In this document: positions 10,432-18,719 of the stretch, in pieces
Position numbering within the stretch: the first letter of the stretch is position 1
Layout: every line of letters starts with the position of its first letter
DNA from: Candidatus Desantisbacteria bacterium CG1_02_49_89
GTDB lineage: Bacteria > Desantisbacteria > UBA1551
Assembly: GCA_001871075.1 (NCBI GenBank)
Contig: MNUP01000075.1
Coordinates: 1 to 39,162, forward strand
DNA length: 39,162 bases
Direction: 5' to 3'
Notes under the pieces: generated by a model
What the model was told of the DNA's origin: nothing
The model's database searches: none
Seen by the model: the letters and a program-made list of their open reading frames with translations, nothing else
Made by a program: the position numbers and the translations under genes

Positions 10432-10542
10432 ATGGCAAGAAGCAAGTCCAAGCAGCAAAGGAAGAGGCATATTTTCGCCCTCAAGAGAAAGATGAAAGCA
10501 GAAAGAAAGATGATAAGGGGAATAGAGGCGAGCAAAGCGTAA
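10432..10542 (+). CDS. Small basic protein, 36 aa (MARSKSKQQRKRHIFALKRKMKAERKMIRGIEASKA)
   Basis: SD GGAGG at 10423-10427; fills the hflX-leuS gap; below the ORF-track size cutoff. Confidence 0.7.
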   Translation: MARSKSKQQRKRHIFALKRKMKAERKMIRGIEASKA

Positions 10543-10554
10543 GCATCGGGAGAC

Positions 10555-13044
10555 ATGATGGGCAGCACCGAAGAAACTGACGTCTATCCTTTTAGGCTTG
10601 CAGAAGCCAGGTGGCAGAAATACTGGGATGAACAGGGCCTTTATAATACAAAGACCGATGCTTCAAGAAAAAAGTATTATGTCCTGGAAATGTTCCCGTA
10701 TCCTTCGGCAAAACTGCATGTGGGGCATATGCGCCCTTATTCCATAACCGACGCGATAGCCAGGTTCAAGATAATGCAGGGTTATAACGTGCTGCACCCG
10801 ATCGGCTATGATTCTTTCGGTATGCCCGCTGAAATAGCCGCCGTTGAAAGAAATATCCATCCTTTCGAGTGGACCAGGAAGTGCATAGAAACCATACGCG
10901 GGCAGTTCAGGCGGCTGGGTTATTCTTACGACTGGCGCAGGGAAGTCATCACATGCGATCCCGGATATTACAGGTGGAGCCAGTATTTCTTTTTAAAAAT
11001 GTTTGAAAAGGGCCTTGCGTACAGGAAAAAATCTCCCGCAAACTGGTGCCCGAAATGCAGCACGGTCCTCGCGAACGAGCAGGTAATAGACGGCCGGTGC
11101 TGGAGATGCGGTTCTACCGTCATCCAGAACGAGCTTGAACAATGGTTTTTAAGAATAACATCTTATGCTGACAGGCTCCTTGATTTTTCAAACCTGAACG
11201 ACTGGCCCGAAAGGGTCCTGCTGATGCAGAAAAACTGGATAGGGAGAAGCGAAGGAGTCGAGATCAAATTCAGTGTCCAGTGTCCAGTGTCCAGTGTCCA
11301 GCTGAAAAATAAAGATCTAATGGTATTCACTACAAGGCCGGACACAATTTTCGGAGCAACATATGTCGTGCTTTCGGCCGGCCATCCGCTTGTCAGCGAT
11401 ATCCTTAAGATCAGCGAGAACAGTTTATTAAAGGATTTTATTGCAAGAACAGGGTCAAAGGATATAACAGTAACCACCATGATAGATATGGAAAAAGAGG
11501 GTGTTTTTACGGGTTTTTATGCTATAAATCCCGTAAATAGGGAAAAAATACCTATCTGGATAGCAAATTACGTTCTTATGGGATATGGAACCGGAGCGAT
11601 AATGGCGGTTCCCACCCATGACCAGAGAGATTTTGAGTTCGCTAAAAAATATAACCTGCCGATGAGAATTGTTATCCAGGATCCAGGATCCAGCATCCAG
11701 GATCCAGCAGAAATGAAGGAGGCTTATGAGGGCGAGGGAACGCTGGTGAATTCCGGACAGTTCAACGGTATACCGAACCTGCAGGCAATAGAAAAGATAT
11801 CGGACTGGATGGAAAAGGAAAAAATGGGCAGCAGGCAGGTCAACTACCGCCTGCGCGACTGGTGCATTTCACGCCAAAGATACTGGGGCACCCCGATACC
11901 CGTAATATATTGTAAAAAATGCGGTATGGTCCCGGTGCCTGAAAAAGATCTTCCGGTCAGGCTGCCTGAAAAGATCAATATCACGGGTAAGGGCAGTTCT
12001 CCTCTTGCCAGAGCGGAGGATTTCGTTAAATGCAGCTGCCCGAAATGCGGCGGGAGCGCGGAAAGGGAGACAGATACCATGGATACGTTTATCTGCTCAT
12101 CCTGGTATTTTTTACGCTACACCAGCGTTAATTCTGATGACGCCGCATTCCATAAAGAGGATTCGGATTACTGGATGCCGGTGGACCAGTATGTCGGCGG
12201 GGTAGAACATGCCATACTGCATCTTCTTTATTCAAGATTTTTTGTCAAATTCTTAAAAGATATCGGGGAAGTAAAGTGCGAAGAGCCTTTTGTGAACCTG
12301 CTCGCGCACGGAATGGTCGTAAAAGACGGCGCAAAAATATCAAAGTCAAAAGGCAACATTGTTGATCCGGATATTATTATCGACAGATACGGAGCCGATG
12401 TCATGCGCCTGTTCATGCTTTTTGCCGCTCCTCCTGAGCCGGACCTCGAATGGAACGATGAGGGAATAGAAGGCGCAAGCAGGTTTTTAAACAGGGTTTG
12501 GAGGCTTGTAAAGCAGTATCCAGTGTCCCGCCCAGCAAGATTGGCGGGCAAGCCCAGTATCCAGTGTCCAGCAGAAAACGACAAAAAGATACAGAGAAAA
12601 CTGCAACAGACGATAAAAAAAGTAACGGAAGACCTGGAGAGGTTTCATTTCAATACGGCGATCGCAAGCCTGATGGAAATGACTAATCTGATAGGCCAGT
12701 CTCCGTCAAAAGAAGTTCTTGAAAAAATAATCCTGCTGCTCGCGCCGTTCGTCCCGCATTTTAGCGAGGAATGCTGGGCGGTCCTTGGCAACAAACCCAG
12801 CATTTTCGGTATACCCTGGCCGGGTTACGACAAAGACGCCATCAGGGAAGAGGAATCTTTGATAATAGTCCAGGTTGACGGTAAGCTAAGGGATAGGGTG
12901 CCTGTTCCCGCAGGCGCCGTGGAGGAAGACGTAAGGAAGATCGTCCTGGCGCGTGAAAAGGTCAGCAGGTGGCTTGAAAACAGAAAGATCGCGAATATTG
13001 TATTTATCAAAGACAAGCTTCTGAACATAGTAACGTCACAATGA
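10555..13044 (+). CDS. leuS: Leucine--tRNA ligase
   Basis: MFPYPS..LHVGH, FTTRPDT, GTGAIMAVPTHDQRD, DWCISRQRYWG, KISKSKGN; contains three repeat-derived in-frame patches. Confidence 0.98.
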   Translation: MMGSTEETDVYPFRLAEARWQKYWDEQGLYNTKTDASRKKYYVLEMFPYPSAKLHVGHMRPYSITDAIARFKIMQGYNVLHPIGYDSFGMPAEIAAVERNIHPFEWTRKCIETIRGQFRRLGYSYDWRREVITCDPGYYRWSQYFFLKMFEKGLAYRKKSPANWCPKCSTVLANEQVIDGRCWRCGSTVIQNELEQWFLRITSYADRLLDFSNLNDWPERVLLMQKNWIGRSEGVEIKFSVQCPVSSVQLKNKDLMVFTTRPDTIFGATYVVLSAGHPLVSDILKISENSLLKDFIARTGSKDITVTTMIDMEKEGVFTGFYAINPVNREKIPIWIANYVLMGYGTGAIMAVPTHDQRDFEFAKKYNLPMRIVIQDPGSSIQDPAEMKEAYEGEGTLVNSGQFNGIPNLQAIEKISDWMEKEKMGSRQVNYRLRDWCISRQRYWGTPIPVIYCKKCGMVPVPEKDLPVRLPEKINITGKGSSPLARAEDFVKCSCPKCGGSAERETDTMDTFICSSWYFLRYTSVNSDDAAFHKEDSDYWMPVDQYVGGVEHAILHLLYSRFFVKFLKDIGEVKCEEPFVNLLAHGMVVKDGAKISKSKGNIVDPDIIIDRYGADVMRLFMLFAAPPEPDLEWNDEGIEGASRFLNRVWRLVKQYPVSRPARLAGKPSIQCPAENDKKIQRKLQQTIKKVTEDLERFHFNTAIASLMEMTNLIGQSPSKEVLEKIILLLAPFVPHFSEECWAVLGNKPSIFGIPWPGYDKDAIREEESLIIVQVDGKLRDRVPVPAGAVEEDVRKIVLAREKVSRWLENRKIANIVFIKDKLLNIVTSQ
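11271..11301 (+). repeat. Intragenic heptamer array (CAGTGTC)x4 in leuS
   Basis: Perfect tandem; translates as SVQCPVSSVQ. Confidence 0.92.
11674..11708 (+). repeat. Intragenic heptamer array (ATCCAGS)x5 in leuS
   Basis: ATCCAGG ATCCAGG ATCCAGC ATCCAGG ATCCAGC; translates as IQDPGSSIQDPA. Confidence 0.92.
12514..12571 (+). repeat. Intragenic heptamer array CAGTRTC interrupted by a 27-nt hairpin in leuS
   Basis: CAGTATC CAGTGTC [12528-12554] CAGTATC CAGTGTC CAG. Confidence 0.88.
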
Positions 13045-13628
13045 ACATTTGCGGGCTCTGCCTGGTCGCAGGCGGTTACATTCTTGGGTCAGTATCCCCT
13101 TCATATATTTTCTATAGGAAAAAAAGAGGAGGGGATATTAGGGAAGCAGGAGACGGGAATCCGGGGGCTGCCAATGTAGCGGCATCGTTCGGCAGCGCGC
13201 CCGGTTTTATTATTGCTTTCCTGGATTACTGTAAGGGCATAATTCCTGTATTTGCGGCAAGGATGCTGGGTGTCGGGGATTTTTACCTTATCCTGACAGG
13301 AATAGCAACCGTTGCAGGTCATGATTATTCGATATTTTTGAAATTTAAAGGGGGGAAAGGGACAATGACGTCTCTGGGCGTCCTTTCTTTCTTCCTTCCG
13401 TTTGAGACTGTTCTTGCTTTTTCTGCATGGCTTTTGCTGCATTTCGGTTTAAAGACCAGGTTTATAGGCGCGGTTATAACATTCCTGCTCGTTCCTTTTT
13501 TTACCTGGCTTATTTCCTGCAGGCTGGTCGGGGAGCCTTTGTATTATATCCTGCTCCCTCTTGGCATTCTTGCCCTGTTTTTAACGAGGATGACCGAGAA
13601 TATAGGCAGTTTTTTTAAAAAAAGTTGA
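13041..13628 (+). CDS. plsY: Glycerol-3-phosphate acyltransferase PlsY family
   Basis: YILGS, DIREAGDGNPGAANV, DYCKG, GHDYSIFLKFKGGKG. Confidence 0.88.
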   Translation: MNICGLCLVAGGYILGSVSPSYIFYRKKRGGDIREAGDGNPGAANVAASFGSAPGFIIAFLDYCKGIIPVFAARMLGVGDFYLILTGIATVAGHDYSIFLKFKGGKGTMTSLGVLSFFLPFETVLAFSAWLLLHFGLKTRFIGAVITFLLVPFFTWLISCRLVGEPLYYILLPLGILALFLTRMTENIGSFFKKS

Positions 13629-13637
13629 GGTCATCCG

Positions 13638-14687
13638 GTGGCATTTCTTCGCAGATACATGCACGTTATTATGCTGGCGATCCTTTCCCTGGCCGTATTT
13701 GTCGTGGTTTCCCGTTCGCTTGAGAATCACGCGAGAAGGGCGGATGAATATATCTACGAAAAAACAGTTCTGTCATTCACGGAATGGTTAAAGCAGCCTG
13801 AACCTTTCCGAAGGGACGTGCTGGACAGATGCTGGAACATCGGGGGGGAGCACCCATCCGTAGTGAAAATAACCTCGGGGATCACATGGATGGCTTGTCA
13901 CGGCCGCATGGGAGATTTAAAATCCCTGCGGCTCGCGACCGCAATTAATTTTTCGCTGCTTATCATGCTTGTTTATATGTTCGCGCGCCAGTTCATGGGC
14001 AGGGCCGTATCTTTGGTTTCGGGAATAATGCTGTTATGCATCCCCGCAGTAACCGAATTCGCGCATTTCGCGGAAATAAATATTAACCTTAGTTTGTTCT
14101 GGGTGCTTGCGGTATTGTTTTTCCTGAAAGGATTACGCGGCAGGAAGGCATGGGTGTGCCTTTCCGGTGTCATGGCGGGTTTTTCCCTGGGCGCAAAGGT
14201 GACCTCTTTGATCATACCAATTTCAATTTTTATCTGGCTTCTTTTGTTCAGCCGTAAAAGGCTGGCGGAGCTTTTTATTCCGTTTTTGATCACCGGGTCT
14301 GTTGCGTTCCTGTTATCGTGGCCTTCTCTCTGGCCGGACCCGGTTACGGGCTTAATAGATCATGCCAGATATCATATGGATGCCGTAGCTGCCGCAAGAG
14401 GCAGGATCTGGCACCTGGCTTTCAGTTCCTTCTTTTCGAATGTGCCAATAGGGATGACGGTGTTATTTATTCTGGGCATTATCAAGACCTTTGCCGATAA
14501 GAACAGTTCCGGATTTTTATGCCTTATAATCATTTTCCTGCTTCTCGGAATATTTTCAGCCGCTGGTATTGATTCTGATGGTATAAGGTATTTTCTTCCG
14601 GCAATACCGTTCTTCTGCGCGATATGCGCAACAGGGCTTGAATTTATCGTCAAACCAGTAATAAAAACAAACGTGATATATGTCTAA
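13638..14687 (+). CDS. Membrane GT-C glycosyltransferase (ArnT/PMT_2, GT39-like)
   Basis: DE motif after the first TM, EHP, multiple TMs, LGAK, WPSLWPDP, RYFLP. Confidence 0.75.
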   Translation: MAFLRRYMHVIMLAILSLAVFVVVSRSLENHARRADEYIYEKTVLSFTEWLKQPEPFRRDVLDRCWNIGGEHPSVVKITSGITWMACHGRMGDLKSLRLATAINFSLLIMLVYMFARQFMGRAVSLVSGIMLLCIPAVTEFAHFAEININLSLFWVLAVLFFLKGLRGRKAWVCLSGVMAGFSLGAKVTSLIIPISIFIWLLLFSRKRLAELFIPFLITGSVAFLLSWPSLWPDPVTGLIDHARYHMDAVAAARGRIWHLAFSSFFSNVPIGMTVLFILGIIKTFADKNSSGFLCLIIIFLLLGIFSAAGIDSDGIRYFLPAIPFFCAICATGLEFIVKPVIKTNVIYV

Positions 14688-16044
14688 AGGAAAAATCCTG
14701 CTCCTTGCTTCTTTCATAGGCTCGGGCCATAAGAAGGCCGCGGAAGCCGTTGAACTCGCGCTGAAGGAAAAATCCGGCAGCATTGATGTCAAGCTTGTGA
14801 ATTTTTTTGAGTTCGCGAGCCCGGGAGTATCAAAGGCCATAAGCAACCTTTATTTTAAGCTACTTCACTCAAACCCAAGGACATGGGGTTATCTTTATGA
14901 CCCGCGCGAAGGTAAGGCCAGGGTTGCGGAACTGATGGGCATAAGGGGCCTTTGGGAAGGCGCAAGGATGAAAAGGTCCTTTGAGATCGGTTTTGACAAG
15001 GAAGTGGAAAAGGACCTTTCGGAGGCTTTAAGCGATGTTTCCACGGGAGCCATGGGCATGAGAGAGCTGCTTGAGTTCCTGGGGGCTAAGCCGGAGATAG
15101 CTGAAAAGATATATGACGAGAAGAACGATAGGTTTTTATTCCCTTATTCCCTTATCGGCAGGAAGATCAGGCTTTTAAGGAAACTTGGTAGTTTCCTTTA
15201 TACCAGGATGAAGCAGCTGCTGCTGGAGTATGACCCCGGGGCAGTGGTATGCACGCAGGTCCTGCCCTGCATGTTCGTTGACAGGATAAAAGCCAGGGAA
15301 GGGCTGAAAGTCCCCCTTATAGCGGTCCTGACGGATTTCGGCCTTCATTCATACTGGTGCAAACCCAACGTAGATGCTTTTGTTGTTCCGTGCCCTGAAG
15401 TGGCAGAAATGCTTTCAGCCAAAGGCGTGGTGAAGGAGCACACGCATGATTTCGGCATACCGATAGACAGGAAATTCATATCCCGTAAGAACAAGCTGGA
15501 AATGAGGGAGAAACTCGGTTTTAACCCGCAGCTCTTCACGGTGCTGATTATGGGCGGGGGCACAGGATTCCTGGTTGACCTGTCAGCAGCCGTGAGAATG
15601 TGGGAAAAGGAAGGTCTTCCTTTCCAGCTGGCTGTGATCGCGGGGGAAAACGAAGAGTTGAAAATCAGACTTGAAGACCTGCGCCTTAAGATGAAGATCC
15701 CGGTCTTCATTTACAGCTTTATAAACAACGTCGAAGAGCTTATGGCCGCGTCAGACATTATCATAACAAAACCCGGAGGGCTGAGCATTACGGAATCTAT
15801 GATATCCTATCTTCCTATGGTCCTGGTCAAAGTTATACAGGGCCAGGAAGAGAACAATTTGCGATATCTCCTGAAGAAAAGAGCCGCGGTTGATGCGGGA
15901 ACAGGAAGAAAAATAGGCAGGATCGTCAGAGACCTTTACAAAAGTCCCGAGGAGCTCAGCGGGCTGTGGCGCAGGGCAAGAGGCCTGGTCAACGCGGATT
16001 CGGCTTCAAAGATAGCAGATCTGATACTTTCGTATCTTGGTTGA
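14680..16044 (+). CDS. MGDG synthase / UgtP-like diacylglycerol glycosyltransferase (GT28) with internal insertion
   Basis: GSGHKKAA, VLTDFGLHSYW, GIPI, LIMGGG, ITKPGGLSITE, GQEENN. Confidence 0.88.
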   Translation: MSKGKILLLASFIGSGHKKAAEAVELALKEKSGSIDVKLVNFFEFASPGVSKAISNLYFKLLHSNPRTWGYLYDPREGKARVAELMGIRGLWEGARMKRSFEIGFDKEVEKDLSEALSDVSTGAMGMRELLEFLGAKPEIAEKIYDEKNDRFLFPYSLIGRKIRLLRKLGSFLYTRMKQLLLEYDPGAVVCTQVLPCMFVDRIKAREGLKVPLIAVLTDFGLHSYWCKPNVDAFVVPCPEVAEMLSAKGVVKEHTHDFGIPIDRKFISRKNKLEMREKLGFNPQLFTVLIMGGGTGFLVDLSAAVRMWEKEGLPFQLAVIAGENEELKIRLEDLRLKMKIPVFIYSFINNVEELMAASDIIITKPGGLSITESMISYLPMVLVKVIQGQEENNLRYLLKKRAAVDAGTGRKIGRIVRDLYKSPEELSGLWRRARGLVNADSASKIADLILSYLG

Positions 16045-16052
16045 AAGCAAAG

Positions 16053-16715
16053 ATGTTCAGCAAAAGAGACCAGATAATCCTTCTGTTCCTGATAACGGCC
16101 GTGGTTGCCGGCGTTGCCGTAATGCTCATAAGGGATTACAGGCAAGGTATTTCTTATGACGGTTCTTCCAGAGTGGAAGTTCTTTTCACAGGCAGGATCA
16201 TAAGGCCGGGCCTTTACACGGTCCAGGTCCAAGATACCTTCGGAGAGATCCTGAGATCATCAGGCGCCGCAAAGGGCCTGCGAGGAGAAATAAAGGTTGA
16301 CGCTGTTGAGCCCGGCGACCAGGCATACGCGGCTGTAAACATTAACAAGGCAACGCTCCGGGAGCTTGAATCCCTGCCAGGGATCGGCCCAAAGCTCGCG
16401 CAGGACATTATTTTATATAGAGGCAAAAACGGATTTTTTTCTGACAAGGAACAATTGATGAGAGTAAAGGGGATCGGGCCTGCCAAATTCAACAGGATAA
16501 AGGAATTCATAACGCTGAACGACGAAACAGAAGGCCCGGTGCCAAAAACCATAAGACTGCTGGTAGGGGATTCAGGCAGTGTTTTGTGCGTCAGCCCTGA
16601 CTCGGGAATGCTGGTTTTGCTTGAATGCGGGGATCTGTTTTCAAACGAGGACATGGCGTCAAGAACGCAGAAACAGGACGGAGTTCCTTTAAGGCTGAGG
16701 ATGGACGTGAGATGA
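16053..16715 (+). CDS. comEA: ComEA-like DNA-binding protein (TM, SLBB-like, tandem HhH) with C-terminal extension
   Basis: VNINKAT..ELESLPGIGPKLAQDI..YR and VKGIGPAKF; stop overlaps the leuC start (ATGA). Confidence 0.85.
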   Translation: MFSKRDQIILLFLITAVVAGVAVMLIRDYRQGISYDGSSRVEVLFTGRIIRPGLYTVQVQDTFGEILRSSGAAKGLRGEIKVDAVEPGDQAYAAVNINKATLRELESLPGIGPKLAQDIILYRGKNGFFSDKEQLMRVKGIGPAKFNRIKEFITLNDETEGPVPKTIRLLVGDSGSVLCVSPDSGMLVLLECGDLFSNEDMASRTQKQDGVPLRLRMDVR

Positions 16716-17980
16716 ACATAACGGAGAAGATACTTTCGGCGCACTGCGGGAGAAGGAATGTAAGCCCGGGCGAATTCATAGAGGCGGATGTTGACCTTGC
16801 TCTGGGCAATGATATTACCGCGCCCCTTGCGATAATGGAGTTTAATAAACTTGGCCTGAAGCGGGTGTTTGACAGGAACAGGATCGTGCTTGTTTCCGAC
16901 CATTTCATTCCCGCCAAAGATATCAAAAGCGCAGGCCAGGCAAGGATGCTGAAGGATTTTTCGGAGAAACACGGCATAAAACGTTATTTTGAGCTTGGAA
17001 GGATGGGGGTGGAGCACGCACTCCTTCCCGAGCAGGGGTTTGTCAGTCCGGGAAACCTTATAATCGGCGCGGATTCCCATACCTGCACATACGGGGCGCT
17101 CGGGGCTTTTTCCACTGGCGTTGGCAGCACTGATCTTGCCGCGGTATTCGCAACAGGAAAGATATGGCTGAAGATCCCGGAAAGCATCAGGTTCATATAC
17201 CGGGGCAGGGCAGGGAAGTGGGTAGGCGGCAAGGACTTTATACTCTTTACGATCGCAAAAATAGGGGTTGACGGCGCGTCATACTGTGCGATGGAATTCA
17301 CAGGTGAGGCAATATCGTCTCTGGGAATGTCAGACAGGCTTGCGATGTGCAATATGGCGATTGAAGCTGGAGGGAAGAACGGGATTGTTCCGCCTGACAT
17401 GACTACTTTGAAATATCTTAACAAATTGAAAATTGTAAATTGTAAATTGAAAATTGTAAATTTAGGGAGCGATAAAGACGCAAAATATAAAAAGACAATA
17501 GAGATAGACGCGGCGAAGATAAGGCCGTTCGTGGCGTGCCCGCCGCTGCCTTCAAGAGGCAAACCCGCGGATGAGCTGGGAAAGGTAAAAATAGACCAGG
17601 CGTTCGTAGGTTCGTGCACGAACGGCAGGATAGAGGACCTGCGCCTGGCAGCATCGGTGCTTAGAGGGCGTAAGGTAAAGAGCGGAGTCCGTTTTATTGT
17701 AAGCCCTGCCACGCAGGCAATGTACCTGCAAGCCCTGAAAGAAGGCCTGCTCGAGCTTTTCACAAAAGCAGGAGGGACCGTTTGCACGCCAAGCTGCGGA
17801 CCCTGCCTTGGAGGCCACTGCGGGGTGCTGGGGGCAGGAGAGGTCTGTATTGCGACAACGAACAGGAATTTCATAGGCAGGATGGGAGACCTGAAAAGCA
17901 GCGTATACCTGGCTAACGCGGCTGTTGTCGCGGCTTCCGCGATCAAGGGCCGAATAACAAGCCCGGCAGAAATAATTTAG
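16712..17980 (+). CDS. leuC: 3-isopropylmalate dehydratase large subunit
   Basis: TEKIL, DH, GADSHTCTYGALG, GSCTNGR, CGPCLG, TNRNFIGRMG. Confidence 0.95.
   Translation: MNITEKILSAHCGRRNVSPGEFIEADVDLALGNDITAPLAIMEFNKLGLKRVFDRNRIVLVSDHFIPAKDIKSAGQARMLKDFSEKHGIKRYFELGRMGVEHALLPEQGFVSPGNLIIGADSHTCTYGALGAFSTGVGSTDLAAVFATGKIWLKIPESIRFIYRGRAGKWVGGKDFILFTIAKIGVDGASYCAMEFTGEAISSLGMSDRLAMCNMAIEAGGKNGIVPPDMTTLKYLNKLKIVNCKLKIVNLGSDKDAKYKKTIEIDAAKIRPFVACPPLPSRGKPADELGKVKIDQAFVGSCTNGRIEDLRLAASVLRGRKVKSGVRFIVSPATQAMYLQALKEGLLELFTKAGGTVCTPSCGPCLGGHCGVLGAGEVCIATTNRNFIGRMGDLKSSVYLANAAVVAASAIKGRITSPAEII
17423..17464 (+). repeat. Intragenic heptamer array (AAATTGW)x6 in leuC
   Basis: 42 nt, last unit degenerate; translates as KLKIVNCKLKIVNL. 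Confidence 0.92.
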
Positions 17981-18096
17981 CCACTGAATCCACTGAACAC
18001 ACTGAGTTTTGTAACTCAGGGCTTCAGCCCTGATATCAAACCTAAAGGTTTGAGTTACAGTAAAAAATTCTCAGTGAACTCAGTGTCCTCAGTGGC
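17980..18096. repeat. Inverted 3x9-mer brackets enclosing a REP-like double hairpin
   Basis: CACTGA at 17982/17991/18000; TCAGTG at 18071/18080/18089; TGTAACTCA...TGAGTTACA at 18010-18059. Confidence 0.9.
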
Positions 18097-18108
18097 AAAA
18101 GGATTGTA

Positions 18109-18645
18109 ATGAAGATCAGGGGAAGGGCGTGGAAATTTGGGGATAACGTTAATACTGACGAGATAATACCCGCGAAATATCTCAACATCTCAGACGCGGA
18201 AGAGCTGGCAAAGCACTGCATGGCAGGCATAGACCAGGGATTCTGCGCAAGGGTCAGAAAGGGAGATATTATTATCGCGGGCAGGAATTTCGGGTGCGGC
18301 TCCTCCAGGGAGCACGCCCCTCTTTCCATTAAGGCCTGCGGCGTATCCTGCGTGATAGCCAGGTCTTTTGCCCGCATATTCTTCAGGAACAGCATAAACA
18401 TAGGGCTTCCCATACTTGAATGCAGGGAAGCGGATAAAATAAAGCAGGGCGACACGGTTTCCATAGACCTTGCAAAAGGCGTTATCGAGGATCTGACAAG
18501 AAAGAAGATCTACGAGACAGCGCCTTTTCCGGCTTTCATGCAGGGCATTGTGGATGCAGGCGGGCTTATGAATTATACGGCAAAAAAAATGCAAAAGTCA
18601 AATTGCAAATTGTCCCTAAGGGATTCCCGCATCTTGTCCAGATAG
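18109..18645 (+). CDS. leuD: 3-isopropylmalate dehydratase small subunit
   Basis: GDNVNTDEIIPA, NFGCGSSREHA, SFARIFFRN; C-terminal tail is repeat-derived. Confidence 0.95.
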   Translation: MKIRGRAWKFGDNVNTDEIIPAKYLNISDAEELAKHCMAGIDQGFCARVRKGDIIIAGRNFGCGSSREHAPLSIKACGVSCVIARSFARIFFRNSINIGLPILECREADKIKQGDTVSIDLAKGVIEDLTRKKIYETAPFPAFMQGIVDAGGLMNYTAKKMQKSNCKLSLRDSRILSR

Positions 18646-18719
18646 GTAATCGGGACTGCGGGAATAAAAGTCAAATTTTTACAAATTTAATATTTGCAAT
18701 TTAAAATTTGAAATTTGAA
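18588..18719. repeat. Heptamer arrays with nested hairpins at the leuD-pilD junction
   Basis: AATGCAA AAGTCAA ATTGCAA; hairpins 18613-18665; (ATTTRNW)x5 at 18685-18719. Confidence 0.8.

Noticed and set aside
12334-12348. KISKS instead of KMSKS in LeuRS
   Set aside because: Conservative change at a position known to vary in class I synthetases.
15966-16052. Upstream-extended starts in the ORF track (comEA 15966, leuC 16625, MTase 21926, aroK 23732, accC 27314)
   Set aside because: Extensions overlap upstream genes or repeats; family N-termini begin at the downstream ATGs.
16214-17946. Long antisense ORFs (288 and 320 aa), and similar ones at 24195-25010 and 37250-37963
   Set aside because: They lie opposite well-supported genes and show no recognisable motifs.
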